Source: Octopus vulgaris
Lineage: Eukaryota
Length of the DNA: 64,000 nt
Direction of reading: 5' to 3'
Assembly: GCA_951406725.2 (NCBI GenBank)
Contig: OX597815.1
Span: 35,836,001 to 35,900,000, forward strand
Shown piece after piece: positions 36,701 through 46,636 of the stretch. A program made the position numbers and the translations under genes. Position 1 is the first letter of the stretch. Every line of letters begins with the position of its first letter. The notes under the pieces were generated by a model that was not told where the DNA came from, ran no database searches, and worked only from the letters and a program-made list of their open reading frames with translations.

Positions 36701-38176
36701 TACTTAAAAGTTAAGATTCTGGACGACATAAGTTCAACCACTGAGCTTGTTGCACTTTTCCAACTAAGCAAAAACAAATTCCACATGGACTAAATGCACA
36801 GTGGTTAAATGATAGAAAATCATCTGATTTGTGGATTTGGTAGACGGAAACTGAAAGAAGCCCGTCGTGTATATATATATATATATATATATATATGCGT
36901 GTGTGTGTTTGTGTGTCTGTGTTTATCTCCTAGCATTGCTTGACAACCGATGCTGGTGTGTTTATGTCCCCGTTACTTAGCGGTTCGGCAAAATAGACCG
37001 ATAGAATAAGTACTGGACTTACAAAAGAATAAGTCCCGGGGTCGAGTTGCTCGATTAAAGGCGGTGCTCCAGCATGGCCGCAGTCAAATGACTAAAACAA
37101 GTAAAAGAGATTTAAACAGTGTGCTTTATTTTGTTTTTGTTTTTCTTGAACATTTTTTACATATATTTTCTCAATAAAATTTCAGAAGCGAGACGTCGGG
37201 TTTTTAGTTATATTCAACATTAAAATCAGGCATGTGCCATCAGTAATTACTCGAGTATGCAGTTGGTGACCTTTATGTAGCTAAACGCACAAAGAATAAG
37301 CAAAACACATATGCACACCTGAGTTGAAGGCAGATTTACTTTTACTTTTGTAGCATATAAAGAAAACAGTGTTGTAGGAGTGTACGCAGCATGTATACTA
37401 CAGCAGTACTATGTGTAGCTTAAATACTGAGATTGAAAAGCAGGGGCAAATTATCTACAAGAAAATAAAATATTTTGCATTTTATGTATAGTGATGTATA
37501 GTAATTTTCATAATTGCCTACCTAGGTAGCTCATCCCTGGTTAAAATGAATTTATTTTATTGAAAAATATTACATTAAAATTTTGTTGCATCAGTAATAT
37601 CAATACAACTGCTTGTTGTCATTACAGGTTTAGTAGTATATTCCCCAGTCTTCATGCAGCTGAAAAAAAGCGGGAACAAGCTTTGGAGGTTTGTACTGTA
37701 CTGTTATTTATTTTTATATGCTTTATTCTGTTTAGAATCTCTTTGAATCTAAATACTTACCTGGAGAAGGAGATGTATCATAAAGTAACTGATAGCATAT
37801 TTTTGAAACACTAAAATTTCTTACATTCAGAAGCCTAAAACTCAGTTGGTTATGTCGTATCAATGTCTTACTGATTAAAACATCAATAGCTTCTGGAATT
37901 TGGTTAAATTAGGAAGAAGAGGAATCTGATGTTTCAACACTATCTCATTGTCTGCGAAAGAAAATGATAGTTTCTAGACTTCAAATTCTTCTTTACCCCA
38001 CCCTTCCTTATAAACTTAGCAAAACTTATAAATTTCACTGTATATTTTTTACCAACTTATAGATGTGGATGTGGGAAAATTTTTGCTTCCCAACCACATG
38101 GGTTCAGGTTCAATCCCTTTGCATGACACCTTGGGCAAATGTGAATAGATTTGGTAGAAAGAAACTGAAAGAAGTT

Positions 38177-38241
<65 letters not shown>

Positions 38242-40993
38242 TGTGTATGTGTTACTGTCTCCTTGCTTTGACTTCATATGATTGTTAGGATTCTTTCAGA
38301 TTCCATCAACCAAATTCACTTGCAAGACTTTGGTCAGCCCAGCTGACCAATGGTGTCACACAGTTGGACTGAACCCAAAACCATGTGATTGGGAAGCAAA
38401 CTTCTCAACCACAACCATACTTGTGCCTATTCAAGATTAGAATTATATTTTCACTAATTTTGTCCAGAGGGCTGTGGCTACACTAGGCCATTGGTTGAAG
38501 TAATCTCTTATCATCTGTGAACTTTGTTCTTTATATCTAAATCCCATTATCAATGATTTCACTGATTAATGATTCTGTTTGCTTCAGGAATACAAAAGGT
38601 GTGAAGCTAAGGTCAAAAAGTACCAAGAACGTGAACGTACTGGAAACAATATTGTTAAGCTAAATCAGGTATTGTTCACTTGTTATCTTTGCAATGTTTT
38701 TATTATAATTACCACCATATCTTTACGTAATTGACAAAAATGACAAAATTGTTAATCTTGAAGAAAATACTTTGCAGCTTGTTTCAATGCTTTATGTTGT
38801 GAGTTCATGTCACACCAATGTTAATTTTGCTTTCCATCTTTCCAGAGTTGATAAAATAAAGTACTTGTCTTGAGTGGTAGGTTAACTGAATTGTTAGTGT
38901 TGAGCAAAATACCTTGTGGTATTTGTTCTGGATCATTATGTTCCAAGTGCTCAGGCAGGTGTGATCAACTTGTTTGTAGCTTGCATTTTATAAAAAAATA
39001 TCTGAAGAAAGGTAACAGCAAACAGTCTTCCTATTCTCTCATGATAATTCCATGAATGATACATGGTGTTTTATCAAGGAAAACACCATGTGTCATTCTG
39101 CTAAAGGCACCTACCTCTAACCCAGGGACTGAGGGTAAGACCATCTGGTTTCTTTCGATCACTTCTGGGTAATCCCGCTGGCTCCAGAACTGAGGGAATA
39201 TTAATCCAAGCCAAGGCCCGCTTAACGATTAGGCTTAGCTTGGTGTGACCTTCTAGTAGAAGGAAGGATCTAGTTAATATATCTGAAATACAGCAAGTAT
39301 CTCGACTCAGCAGTGGTTTCAAATATTCACAGCCCTAACCTCATTTTCTCCTATATGTTCAATACTGTTAAAAACATACGAACAAATGGTATAAACTTGT
39401 GTTTATCACAGTTTATCCTACATATACTCCCTGTATATCATAAGTAGTAATACTATTAAATATAGTAGCAACTAAACCACTATACTGGAAGAAGACTGGA
39501 TGATGATAATCTACATGGAGCTCTAAACTCAACAGTAGGAATTATACATCCATTTGCACACACACTGGGCATCTTTCAGTTTCTGTCAACTAAATTCACT
39601 CACAAGGTTCTGGTTGGCCTGAGGGTATAGCAGAAGACTCTTGTTCCACACAATGGTACTGAATCAGGGACCACACATTTAAGGAGCAAGCTTCTTAATC
39701 ACACTGTCATACCTGCAAAAAATAACACTTTCGGTTGAAGAGTCCATTTGTCATAGAGTTAATAAACTGCATATGAATCTTACATAGCTTCCTTCTGTTT
39801 CTGTTAAATATTTCTCTCTCACTGTTACCTTTGTTTCTCTGTTGAACTAACAGATTCCACTCTGATCTATGGTTGAAAGAATATCTGTTTACTTTAGTCT
39901 CCCTATTGAACTAACAGATTCCATTCTACTTCATTGGTGGGAGAATAGCTGTAAGAATTTATCTATATAAACAATAGTGTACAAAGTCTACACTTTCAAA
40001 ACTATTCCTTTTATGTCAGCATAAGAAAATGGATAAAAGATAGAAAAAAAATATTGTTTAGAAAGCTATTGGACTCTGAACCTCAGGAGAGGTAAAAGAT
40101 TTCAAATCTACATTTGGGTTGTTTGTTTAGTCCCTGACAGCTGTGATCAAGCAAACATATGATTCAAAGGCTTTCTGTCTTATTTTCATGTATGGTTTAT
40201 CCACCACTACATTATCCAGCGTGTCTTTTCTTCTTGCAAGACAGAAGCTGATTTCAAGGACCTTTTAAGTGCTATATCTAGCCAGATTACCTAGCAACTA
40301 GTCTTAAGCTAGTGTTCATCAATTATGTTAACAAACATCAATTGTACCTTAATCAAAGATGCCAATTTCTTTTTATCTTTATACACTCTGTATGTACTTT
40401 GTCTTTTAAATGAGTGATTATTTTGTGTTCTTTTGTTTGTTTGTTTTTTTGTAAAATTCTATCAGAGCCAGAAATCCTTGACGCCAGCCAAAGAAGAGTT
40501 CTATGAACTACACACAATCTTAATGGAAGATATGCCTAAACTATATGATCTCCGAATTAGTTACTATCAACCATGTATTGAAGCATTAATCAAATCTCAG
40601 GTTGGTTTCATACTTTATAAGATTTTACACACATGCATACGCACGCACGCGCGTACACACACACACACACTATTGTATCCTAGCAACCAAGATTTTTTTC
40701 TTATTTGGTGAGGCTGGAGTCAAGTAATGCAATTCGAAGTCAAGTTATTTGTACCTCATTGTTGTCATTATAACATTGAATTTTCTGTACTTGCATCAGT
40801 CAGATGAGAGATTTTGGGGCAGTTTTTTAGAGCTACATGACCTTCCTCTCAACAATCCCCACATGTTTCCAAGCAAGGTAATATTTCTCCATGTTCAGAC
40901 ATGTTTTCACGGTAAAGTAATTGAATAGCATTGCTTGTGTGACAGTGATAATTCTTTACAGCTATCATCTAATCCCAAGACTAGGAGAAGCAA

Positions 40994-41037
<44 letters not shown>

Positions 41038-41665
41038 GTGTATATACACAATGGTCTTCTTTCAGCTCCCTCATATTACAACCTCTCACAAAACTTTAAT
41101 CATCCAAGGTTATTGCATGAATCACTTGCCTGTAGTGCCATGCAGTGGGACTGAACCCAGAACCATATGATTGGAAAGCAAACGTTTTAACCACACTGCC
41201 ATCATCATCATTTAATGTCCATTTTCTATGCTGGCATGGGTTGAATGGTTTGACTGAAATTGGTAAGCTCTAGGGCTATACCAGGTTCCAGTCTGATCTA
41301 CAGCTGGATGTCCTTCCTAATGCCAACCATTCCAACAGTGTAGTGGGTGCTTTTTATGTGCCAATGGCTTGGGTACTAGTCTCCTTAGTCGTGATTGGGT
41401 AAAGAAGTGAGTACTGATGTTATAAGAAGTGGAGGATATTTAATTAGGATAAATCTGTCATTGCTTAAAGAAATCAATAATGAAGGTTTTAATCATTGAC
41501 TTTTTTTTTCTTTTTTCTTTACAGGTTGCCTACAACTCTGAATGTTACAAAATCTATAGTGAGTTAGCTGGTCATCTTGCTCCAGAGACATACACTAGTG
41601 AAGAATATGGCAACAGAATACAACAGAAACTTTCAGATATAAAGACATTGTCCATAGTTGACTGA
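18752..41665 (+). CDS. BIN3: BIN3 (bridging integrator 3, N-BAR domain), copy B, complete, 10 coding exons, 251 aa
   Basis: Exons 18752-18759, 25536-25584, 26824-26864, 30651-30712, 32029-32165, 34908-34948, 37628-37688, 38588-38668, 40466-40600, 41525-41665 total 756 nt and read MSKIFKQLSTPKRNVTLWNEEKEFEKEGKKLEELEETCRKLYKDSKKCSETASSLSKCERRITQDLMASTLCKSESKLMHHCEEWDNSIVKLNLHMQEMNSNIQKTLVEPVKKFSSIFPSLHAAEKKREQALEEYKRCEAKVKKYQERERTGNNIVKLNQSQKSLTPAKEEFYELHTILMEDMPKLYDLRISYYQPCIEALIKSQVAYNSECYKIYSELAGHLAPETYTSEEYGNRIQQKLSDIKTLSIVD*. Colinear with vertebrate BIN3 as I recall it (IQKTVIEPLKKFGSVFPSL..KRREQALQDY; MPRFY..R.DYFQP; LSIV). Confidence 0.92.
20446..21164 (-). mobile_element. Multimeric SINE family B (one head plus about 4 tandem body units)
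   Basis: Head GGCGGCGAGCTGG..; repeated GCCTTTCATCCTTTCGGGGTCGATAAA..GTACCAG core; ~19-bp TSD ttcgtgtaataagc(g/a)tatt at 20427-20445 and 21165-21183. Confidence 0.82.
21388..22259. mobile_element. Foldback/MITE-like element with ~65-bp terminal inverted repeats
   Basis: attctatgaatcatatataa..tttggttagattaaaaaag.aaataaaa at the left end and its reverse complement at the right end; internal AACCCT-like repeats at 21901-21940. Confidence 0.7.
22645..24185 (+). mobile_element. RTE-clade LINE, 5'-truncated, degenerate
   Basis: RT motifs (VAVHQGSVLIPLMFI, ELLYTD, GLRVNLAKTKV, VDSFHYLGD, GWAKFKELLPLL, SETWA); Cys-rich insert; 3'UTR shared with many short copies. Confidence 0.88.
25536..25584 (+). 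CDS. BIN3: BIN3 copy B exon 2
   Basis: tacag|AATATT...TGGAAT|gtaagt, 49 nt. Confidence 0.8.
26824..26864 (+). CDS. BIN3: BIN3 copy B exon 3
   Basis: polyT-cag|GAAGAA...GAAGA|gtgagt, EEKEFEKEGKKLEE. Confidence 0.88.
27770..28110 (+). mobile_element. Old tRNA-derived SINE
   Basis: A-box/B-box-like head (TGGCTGAATGG ... GTTTGATTCC) followed by TCTTGAGCAAGACACTT core. Confidence 0.6.
28330..29420 (+). mobile_element. piggyBac transposase pseudogene (PGBD4-like)
   Basis: DISTDESLWKFKWRLKFKQYNPIK, KIYTG, IHMDN.FSSP, NACGTV, YNHTMGGV, C-terminal Cys/His remnant; stops and frameshifts. Confidence 0.88.
29745..30490. mobile_element. Solo LTR
   Basis: TGTAAC...ACTACA with 4-bp TSD GATT (29741-29744, 30491-30494). 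Confidence 0.75.
30651..30712 (+). CDS. BIN3: BIN3 copy B exon 4
   Basis: ttcag|ACTTGAG...TTCAA|gtgagt, LEETCRKLYKDSKKCSETAS. Confidence 0.9.
32029..32165 (+). CDS. BIN3: BIN3 copy B exon 5
   Basis: cacag|GTCTG...GAAATG|gtaagt, 137 nt. Confidence 0.92.
33832..33892. repeat. (TATC/TATG)n microsatellite
   Basis: Direct reading; many other (TA)n, (CA)n and (CT)n tracts, e.g. 1880-1965, 7668-7709, 38181-38238, 40999-41036, 48318-48365. Confidence 0.9.
34908..34948 (+). CDS. BIN3: BIN3 copy B exon 6
   Basis: gatag|AATTCC...AAAAA|gtaaat, NSNIQKTLVEPVKK. Confidence 0.9.
35308..35871 (-). mobile_element. Internally deleted mariner (copy B only)
   Basis: TIRs TTG(G/A)GTTGTCC(A/G)GAAAGTTC; TA TSD; HPYSPDIAPSDFHLFRSLQN; empty site ctataataaaatc at ~5706. 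Confidence 0.93.
36100..36488 (+). mobile_element. tRNA-derived SINE family A, full length (copy B only)
   Basis: GGAGTGGCTGTGTGGTAAG..TTCAGTCCC..CTTGGGCAAGTGTC, internal (TA)/(TG) tract, 3' GAAACAAGTAAAAGAG. Confidence 0.85.
36828..37110 (+). mobile_element. SINE family A, 5'-truncated (copy B only)
   Basis: Matches the 3' two thirds of 36100-36488. Confidence 0.82.
37227..37539. mobile_element. hAT-type MITE (copy B only)
   Basis: CAGGCATGTGC...GCTCATCCCTG; 8-bp TSD attaaaat/gttaaaat; single attaaaat in copy A. Confidence 0.75.
37628..37688 (+). CDS. BIN3: BIN3 copy B exon 7
   Basis: tacag|GTTTAG...TTGGAG|gtttgt, FSSIFPSLHAAEKKREQALE. Confidence 0.92.
38588..38668 (+). CDS. BIN3: BIN3 copy B exon 8
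   Basis: ttcag|GAATAC...AATCAG|gtattg. Confidence 0.92.
39099..39350 (-). mobile_element. CRE/NeSL-type non-LTR retrotransposon restriction-like endonuclease fragment
   Basis: IVKRALAWINIPSVLEPAGLPRSDRKKPDGLTLSPWVRGRCL ((R/K)PD motif); mostly deleted in copy A near 8800. Confidence 0.75.
40466..40600 (+). CDS. BIN3: BIN3 copy B exon 9
   Basis: atcag|AGCCAG...TCTCAG|gttggt; within ORF 40433..40711. Confidence 0.92.
41525..41665 (+). CDS. BIN3: BIN3 copy B exon 10 (stop TGA)
   Basis: tacag|GTTGCC...GTTGACTGA; within ORF 41480..41665; candidate AATAAA 42327-42332. Confidence 0.92.
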   Translation, partial: VAYNSECYKIYSELAGHLAPETYTSEEYGNRIQQKLSDIKTLSIVD

Positions 41666-41984
41666 TTAATTACTTCATATTAATTAATATTAAATCAAAA
41701 AGAGATTTTATATGAGGGAAAAAAATCAAATACCTTTTTATATAATGAATGAAGTTTATTCATATGAAATCCACTGAAGAAATCCATTTTAAACATTGGA
41801 CTACTTTAAATTTGGCAAACTACTAACTATTGGAGTGACTCTATAACAAAGATTGTTGTACACAGTCATTGGAATATTTTGTTGTTTCATAAATGTCATC
41901 ACATTACTTTTATCATGAAATTTCATCCTGTGAAATATGATACTGTATTGTAGCGTATGACTAATTTATGTGAAATATATACCT

Positions 41985-42310
41985 CCGATTGTGCCCCACA
42001 TGTGCCAGATTGTGTAATGCATGCCCTAGATTGTGAGATGCATGTCTCAGATTGTTACTCATGTGCTAAATTGTGTAATGCATGTCCCAGATTGTTACAT
42101 ATATGCCAGATTGCAATTCATGCTCCTTATTGTGTGATGCATGCCCTTGATTGTAAGATGCATATCCTAGGTTGTAAATGAATGCCCTAGAGTGTGTGAT
42201 GAGAGTCCCAGATTGTGGAGCACATACCCCAGATGCTGAAATATGTATCCCAGATTATGAGATGCATGTCCCAGATTGCGAAATGCAGGTTCCAAGATTG
42301 TAAAATATGT
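41985..42310 (+). repeat. ~21-bp minisatellite, about 15 units, in the putative BIN3-B 3'UTR
   Basis: Consensus GATTGTGAGATGCATGTCCCA; about 7 units remain in copy A at ~15070-15212. Confidence 0.85.
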
Positions 42311-42998
42311 ATTCATTGATGAGAAAAATAAAATACTGACATGTTATCAGTGATGGATTTATCTTGTAGTAATTGCAGCACATGTTGCAGGTCCTACTTT
42401 TTTAAGGATTCAGAACTAAATCTTTTATTACTATAGTACTATACTGCCTTCAGCCTTTATTAACCACTGGGTGTTTTAGGTTGATCCAATACTCACAATA
42501 CTTCCAAGATCCCAAACAACTTTAAATTAAACACATTACAGAAGTCAAATTAAAAGGCAATTGTAAATGTACAGATTTGAGTTATTTTTTATTCTTATAT
42601 TGTGATACAATAATTGAGCTTAATTGTTATTTTCCTCATAAAATCAGTTGAATGAATCAGATTATTATGATGTCTATATTCACCATCATGCTAACCATCC
42701 CCATTAATCAAATCTGTATTTTTAAACAGGTAAGAAACATTTCATTGTGTACAGATTTGACTTTAATTTTATGCCATTCAACAAAATTGTAACACAAATA
42801 ATAAGTTTAATAGTCACATTTTAAACATTAGACTATAAAACGCATTTATATTAGAGTTGTGCATCTTAGTTGCATAAGTAACAATGCTGTATATGTGTAC
42901 TTAAGGTAATGTTGTAGCAGTTAAGGTTTGATCAAAAACAAAATCAAAATTTACAGAATAAGTATTCATCTTTATATAGATATATATATATATATATA

Positions 42999-44794
42999 CA
43001 GATGAATATGGTACTTGAGTTGAGGCACCAGAATTTAGTAAGGTGTTATCTATACAAGTTCAAAGTAAGGTGATTAAAATCAAAATAAGCAACAAGGATA
43101 TCCAGAGGTAATGCGGAACAATCGTTTCATGCAACTCCATTTAATTGAACAATGCAATCATTATATCAATTTAAAATGCAGAGCAATCTTCAGCTGCACA
43201 AAAACATAGAATTTAATTAAATTAGAACAGATGGACACATTAGTATAATTATGCCTAAAATCTCCAAGTAGTTAAGGAGACAGACGAAGAACATGCTGTC
43301 TCACTCCAGCATAGAAGTTACTAAGTTTTCAAGAAGATATACATTGTTGCAGACTCTGCCTGTCACTGATTTTTTTTGTTTTTATGGCATCAGTTTTAAT
43401 TTATAGACTAGTTTATCAAATCCCTTGTTTATCTAAGGCTGAGAGAACAGAGGGCAGTATCTGTTAGGGGTGGGGCTGAGGGAGCAGACAGACATCATAG
43501 TTGATATAGTCATAAAAATCAAGATTTATTAGAAGCAATATCATGAGGTTTGGTAAAGGAAAACTTAAAACAAGATGTTAGCTGACAATTAAGGGGGTCA
43601 CCTACAAGCAGACCATTGACAATGAAACAAGGGAAGTTTTATCATGTAGTTAAATGTTTTAAAGAATGTTGCTATATTGTATACAGTTAGAGTTAAGGGT
43701 TATTCAAAGGATTATTAAGATTATAACAAAAGGATAGAAATTTATGAATACTTTGGGGGTATATACCAAACTTTTACCACAATAGGAGAAAAAGAAATTA
43801 TCCAGAAATAGTTAGTATTTAAGTGTACAATATGTATAAATATATAACTCATCAGATGGTATCTGTGAATATTGATTACTTACCATCATGATACTAAAAA
43901 GAAAAATGGAACTCTAGAAACACATGGGAAGAATTATTATAAGACATTCAAAAGCAGAAAAAATCCTCCACTGGAAAATTTTGAAAAAGACTTGTTTGAT
44001 CTAGTAGCTAATGTAAAATTCAAGGAACACCCACTTAGAAAAAACTTACATCTGAGGAAACTAAAGGAATTTATAAAGGCATTGCATAACAAACCAGGCA
44101 TTCTGGTCCCAGCAGATAAAACTGGAAACTTATATAGGCTTGACTATACCACCTATAGGAAACTTGTAATGAAGGAACTCAATGCTAAATATGAAATAAC
44201 ATGAAAAAAAGAATCTATTAGATATCAATTTGAAAATCAAGGAAGTTATGATGGAATACAACTTGGCAGACTGAACAGAACCACTAACACCAAGTGAACA
44301 TAGGATTAATCTGAAGGACCATAAGAACTTCCAGGATAACACTACTGTAAGACTAATTTTCCCGAATGAGTCTGACATTGGTCAGCTTAGCAAGTCTATT
44401 CTTGACAATATTCTACCCCTTATAATTCCCAATCTAACTCTAAAATTATGGATTGATAAAGATGAGGTAATTCATTGGTTTAAATCCATTGATAAGATTA
44501 TTCTTTTATCCAATTTGACATTAATAGTAATTATTCAAGTATATCCCCCATTCTTCTCAATAAGTCTTTTATTTTTGCTAAAAACCTCTCTTATAACTAG
44601 GGATAAAATTGATATTATTCTGTTAGCTAGAACTATCATAGAATTTGAGGGCAAACTTTGGACAAGAGCTGATAACCCAGAAAACTTTGATACAGCTATG
44701 GGCTCAAGTGACTCGGCTGAAATCACAAATCTAGTGGGTGCATACCTTTTAAGGTACTGCATTACCTCTGGATATTTTTGTTGCTTATTTTGAG
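42999..44794 (+). mobile_element. Penelope-like element remnant (RT fragment, inverted pseudo-LTR), between (TA)n tracts
   Basis: LENFEKDLFDLV, LVPADKTGNLY, LKDHKNF..VRLIFP..SDIGQLSKSILD, FIQFDI, FDTAMGSSDSAEITNLVGAYLL (43872-44752); 43078-43114 is the inverted copy of 44758-44792. Confidence 0.78.
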
Positions 44795-46059
44795 ATATAT
44801 ATATATATATATTCCAATAAAATTGCTAGGTTTTAAACTTAGGTCCTCATTATAACATATGGTACTGGTCATACATTAGCTTGATCCAGCTCTGCATGTT
44901 ATAGAATGGTTTGTCTCAAAATACAATGTATTGTACACTGTTTGAGTCATGGAATGTAAAGTCTTTTATTTTTTTTATAATTTGTTTGTATCAAAAATTT
45001 AAACCTGTTAACTGCGATGTTTCTCATTGATCAAACATCTGTTGAAAGAGGCAAGGAATGACTGCAGAATTATATTGAATTCTGTTTTTGTCAAATATTA
45101 CCTGCAATATGAAGATTTGTTATAAAAGTTGTTTTTTTTCCTTACATAAAGCTGAACTGAGATTTTCTTACATCCATAAAGCATCTGCTAAGACATATAC
45201 CTCCCACCTATCTGTTTTTCTCTCCTCCCTTCTACAGACTCTCTTTTTCTTTCATGTGCGAATTTCTTTTCCACACATTGTTTTTTTCATCTTTTCTGTG
45301 TTTTTATTTAGTTTCTTGTGAACAATTCTCAACTTTTTACTTCCCTCCTCCAAAATAAACCAGTTTTATTTAATACTGCCTAGCCTTGTAGCTATCTCTT
45401 TCCAAGCAAATTTATAAGCTGAGCACTGTTTTCAAAAATGAAATCATATAGAAGGCATAGTGCCCCTTGCCTTTCAAAGTTCTTCCATGCTAGTGGATAA
45501 GTATAGCTGAATGAAAGCAGTGCAGTTAAGGTTCAATTTGAATTCTTGCATTAATAATTTCATTGGTCAGGAACAGAGAGCGAGATAGATAAAGTTTTAA
45601 TGAAAATAGGTTTAGGAAAAAAGTTTTTTTTAATGGATTTTAGGAGACGAGTGTTAAATTGGTATAAGTAGAGAGCAGAGAACTTTTTAGTGATGATAGA
45701 ATATATAGATTCATGAAGTATTTATCTTTTCTTTGAACGATTCTGTTTCAACTGGTGTTCAACATCCAGAGACCTGAGACCCCCTCTATTCTCATTTAGT
45801 GAATACTACAGAAACTGGTTTTAAATATCAGATTAAAAAAACATCAATTCATTAGAATATGAATGCATATAAACTCATACCTTAAGCATAAACGATAGTA
45901 AGCAAATGAAGTAAATTGGTAATTGGAAGGGATAACTGACTGCTGTCAGTTTTACATTGAAGCTGCTTACAAGTGTTTTGCTAGCTTGTAAGACCTCAAG
46001 TTAACTTGTGCATAGAACTTTGAGAAGGATAAATACCATCAAACTGACTCACTCTAGAA

Positions 46060-46260
46060 CAGTGCTTTTCAAACTTTTTGCTGGAGCGGAACCCCAAGGA
46101 AACATTCCACTGGCTCGGGGAACCCCTGTGCAATAATTTAATAGTCTTATGCACACATATCTGCACAGGAGAATTAAAAATTACTGCCGATTTTAGCAGT
46201 TTTGTAACTTCTTGTGGAACCCCTGGACTGTACTGGCGGAACCCTGGTCGAAAACCATTG
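46060..46260. mobile_element. hAT (Charlie-like) MITE
   Basis: CAGTGCTTTTCAA...CGAAAACCATTG with perfect 8-bp TSD CTCTAGAA. Confidence 0.88.
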
Positions 46261-46636
46261 CTCTAGAAACATTACATGAAAGAGAATTTTTGGTGCTTAC
46301 TGGACTCTCCATCCAGGATTAATCTTCTTTAGCTAACAGAGACACAGCACAGTTCTAGTGATAGAATACAAATTGTCAACTCTTTAAATGATTATCCATC
46401 ATCATCATTCTCATTTTAATGATCGGTTTTCTGTACTGGCATGGTTTGAACAGATCTGCAGGAGGATATATTGGTACTGGTTCTTGTTCTTAGATCTCAT
46501 CTCACCACTTTTTCGTAAGTTTTTCATAGTGTTTTTCTGACTCCAGTATCATTCATTGTGAGTATACGGTAGTTTTGTCCTCTAATACTCATCAGCTGAT
46601 AATATTAATATTCAGATGTATGCACATGCAAATATA

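Larger units (their letters stand above)
30887..42631 (+). repeat. Segmental (tandem) duplication, right copy
   Basis: Matches 230-15566. Confidence 0.95.

Noticed and set aside
41957-42181. 74-aa Cys-rich ORF (DCVMHAL repeats)
   Set aside because: Translation of the 21-bp minisatellite; not preserved in copy A.
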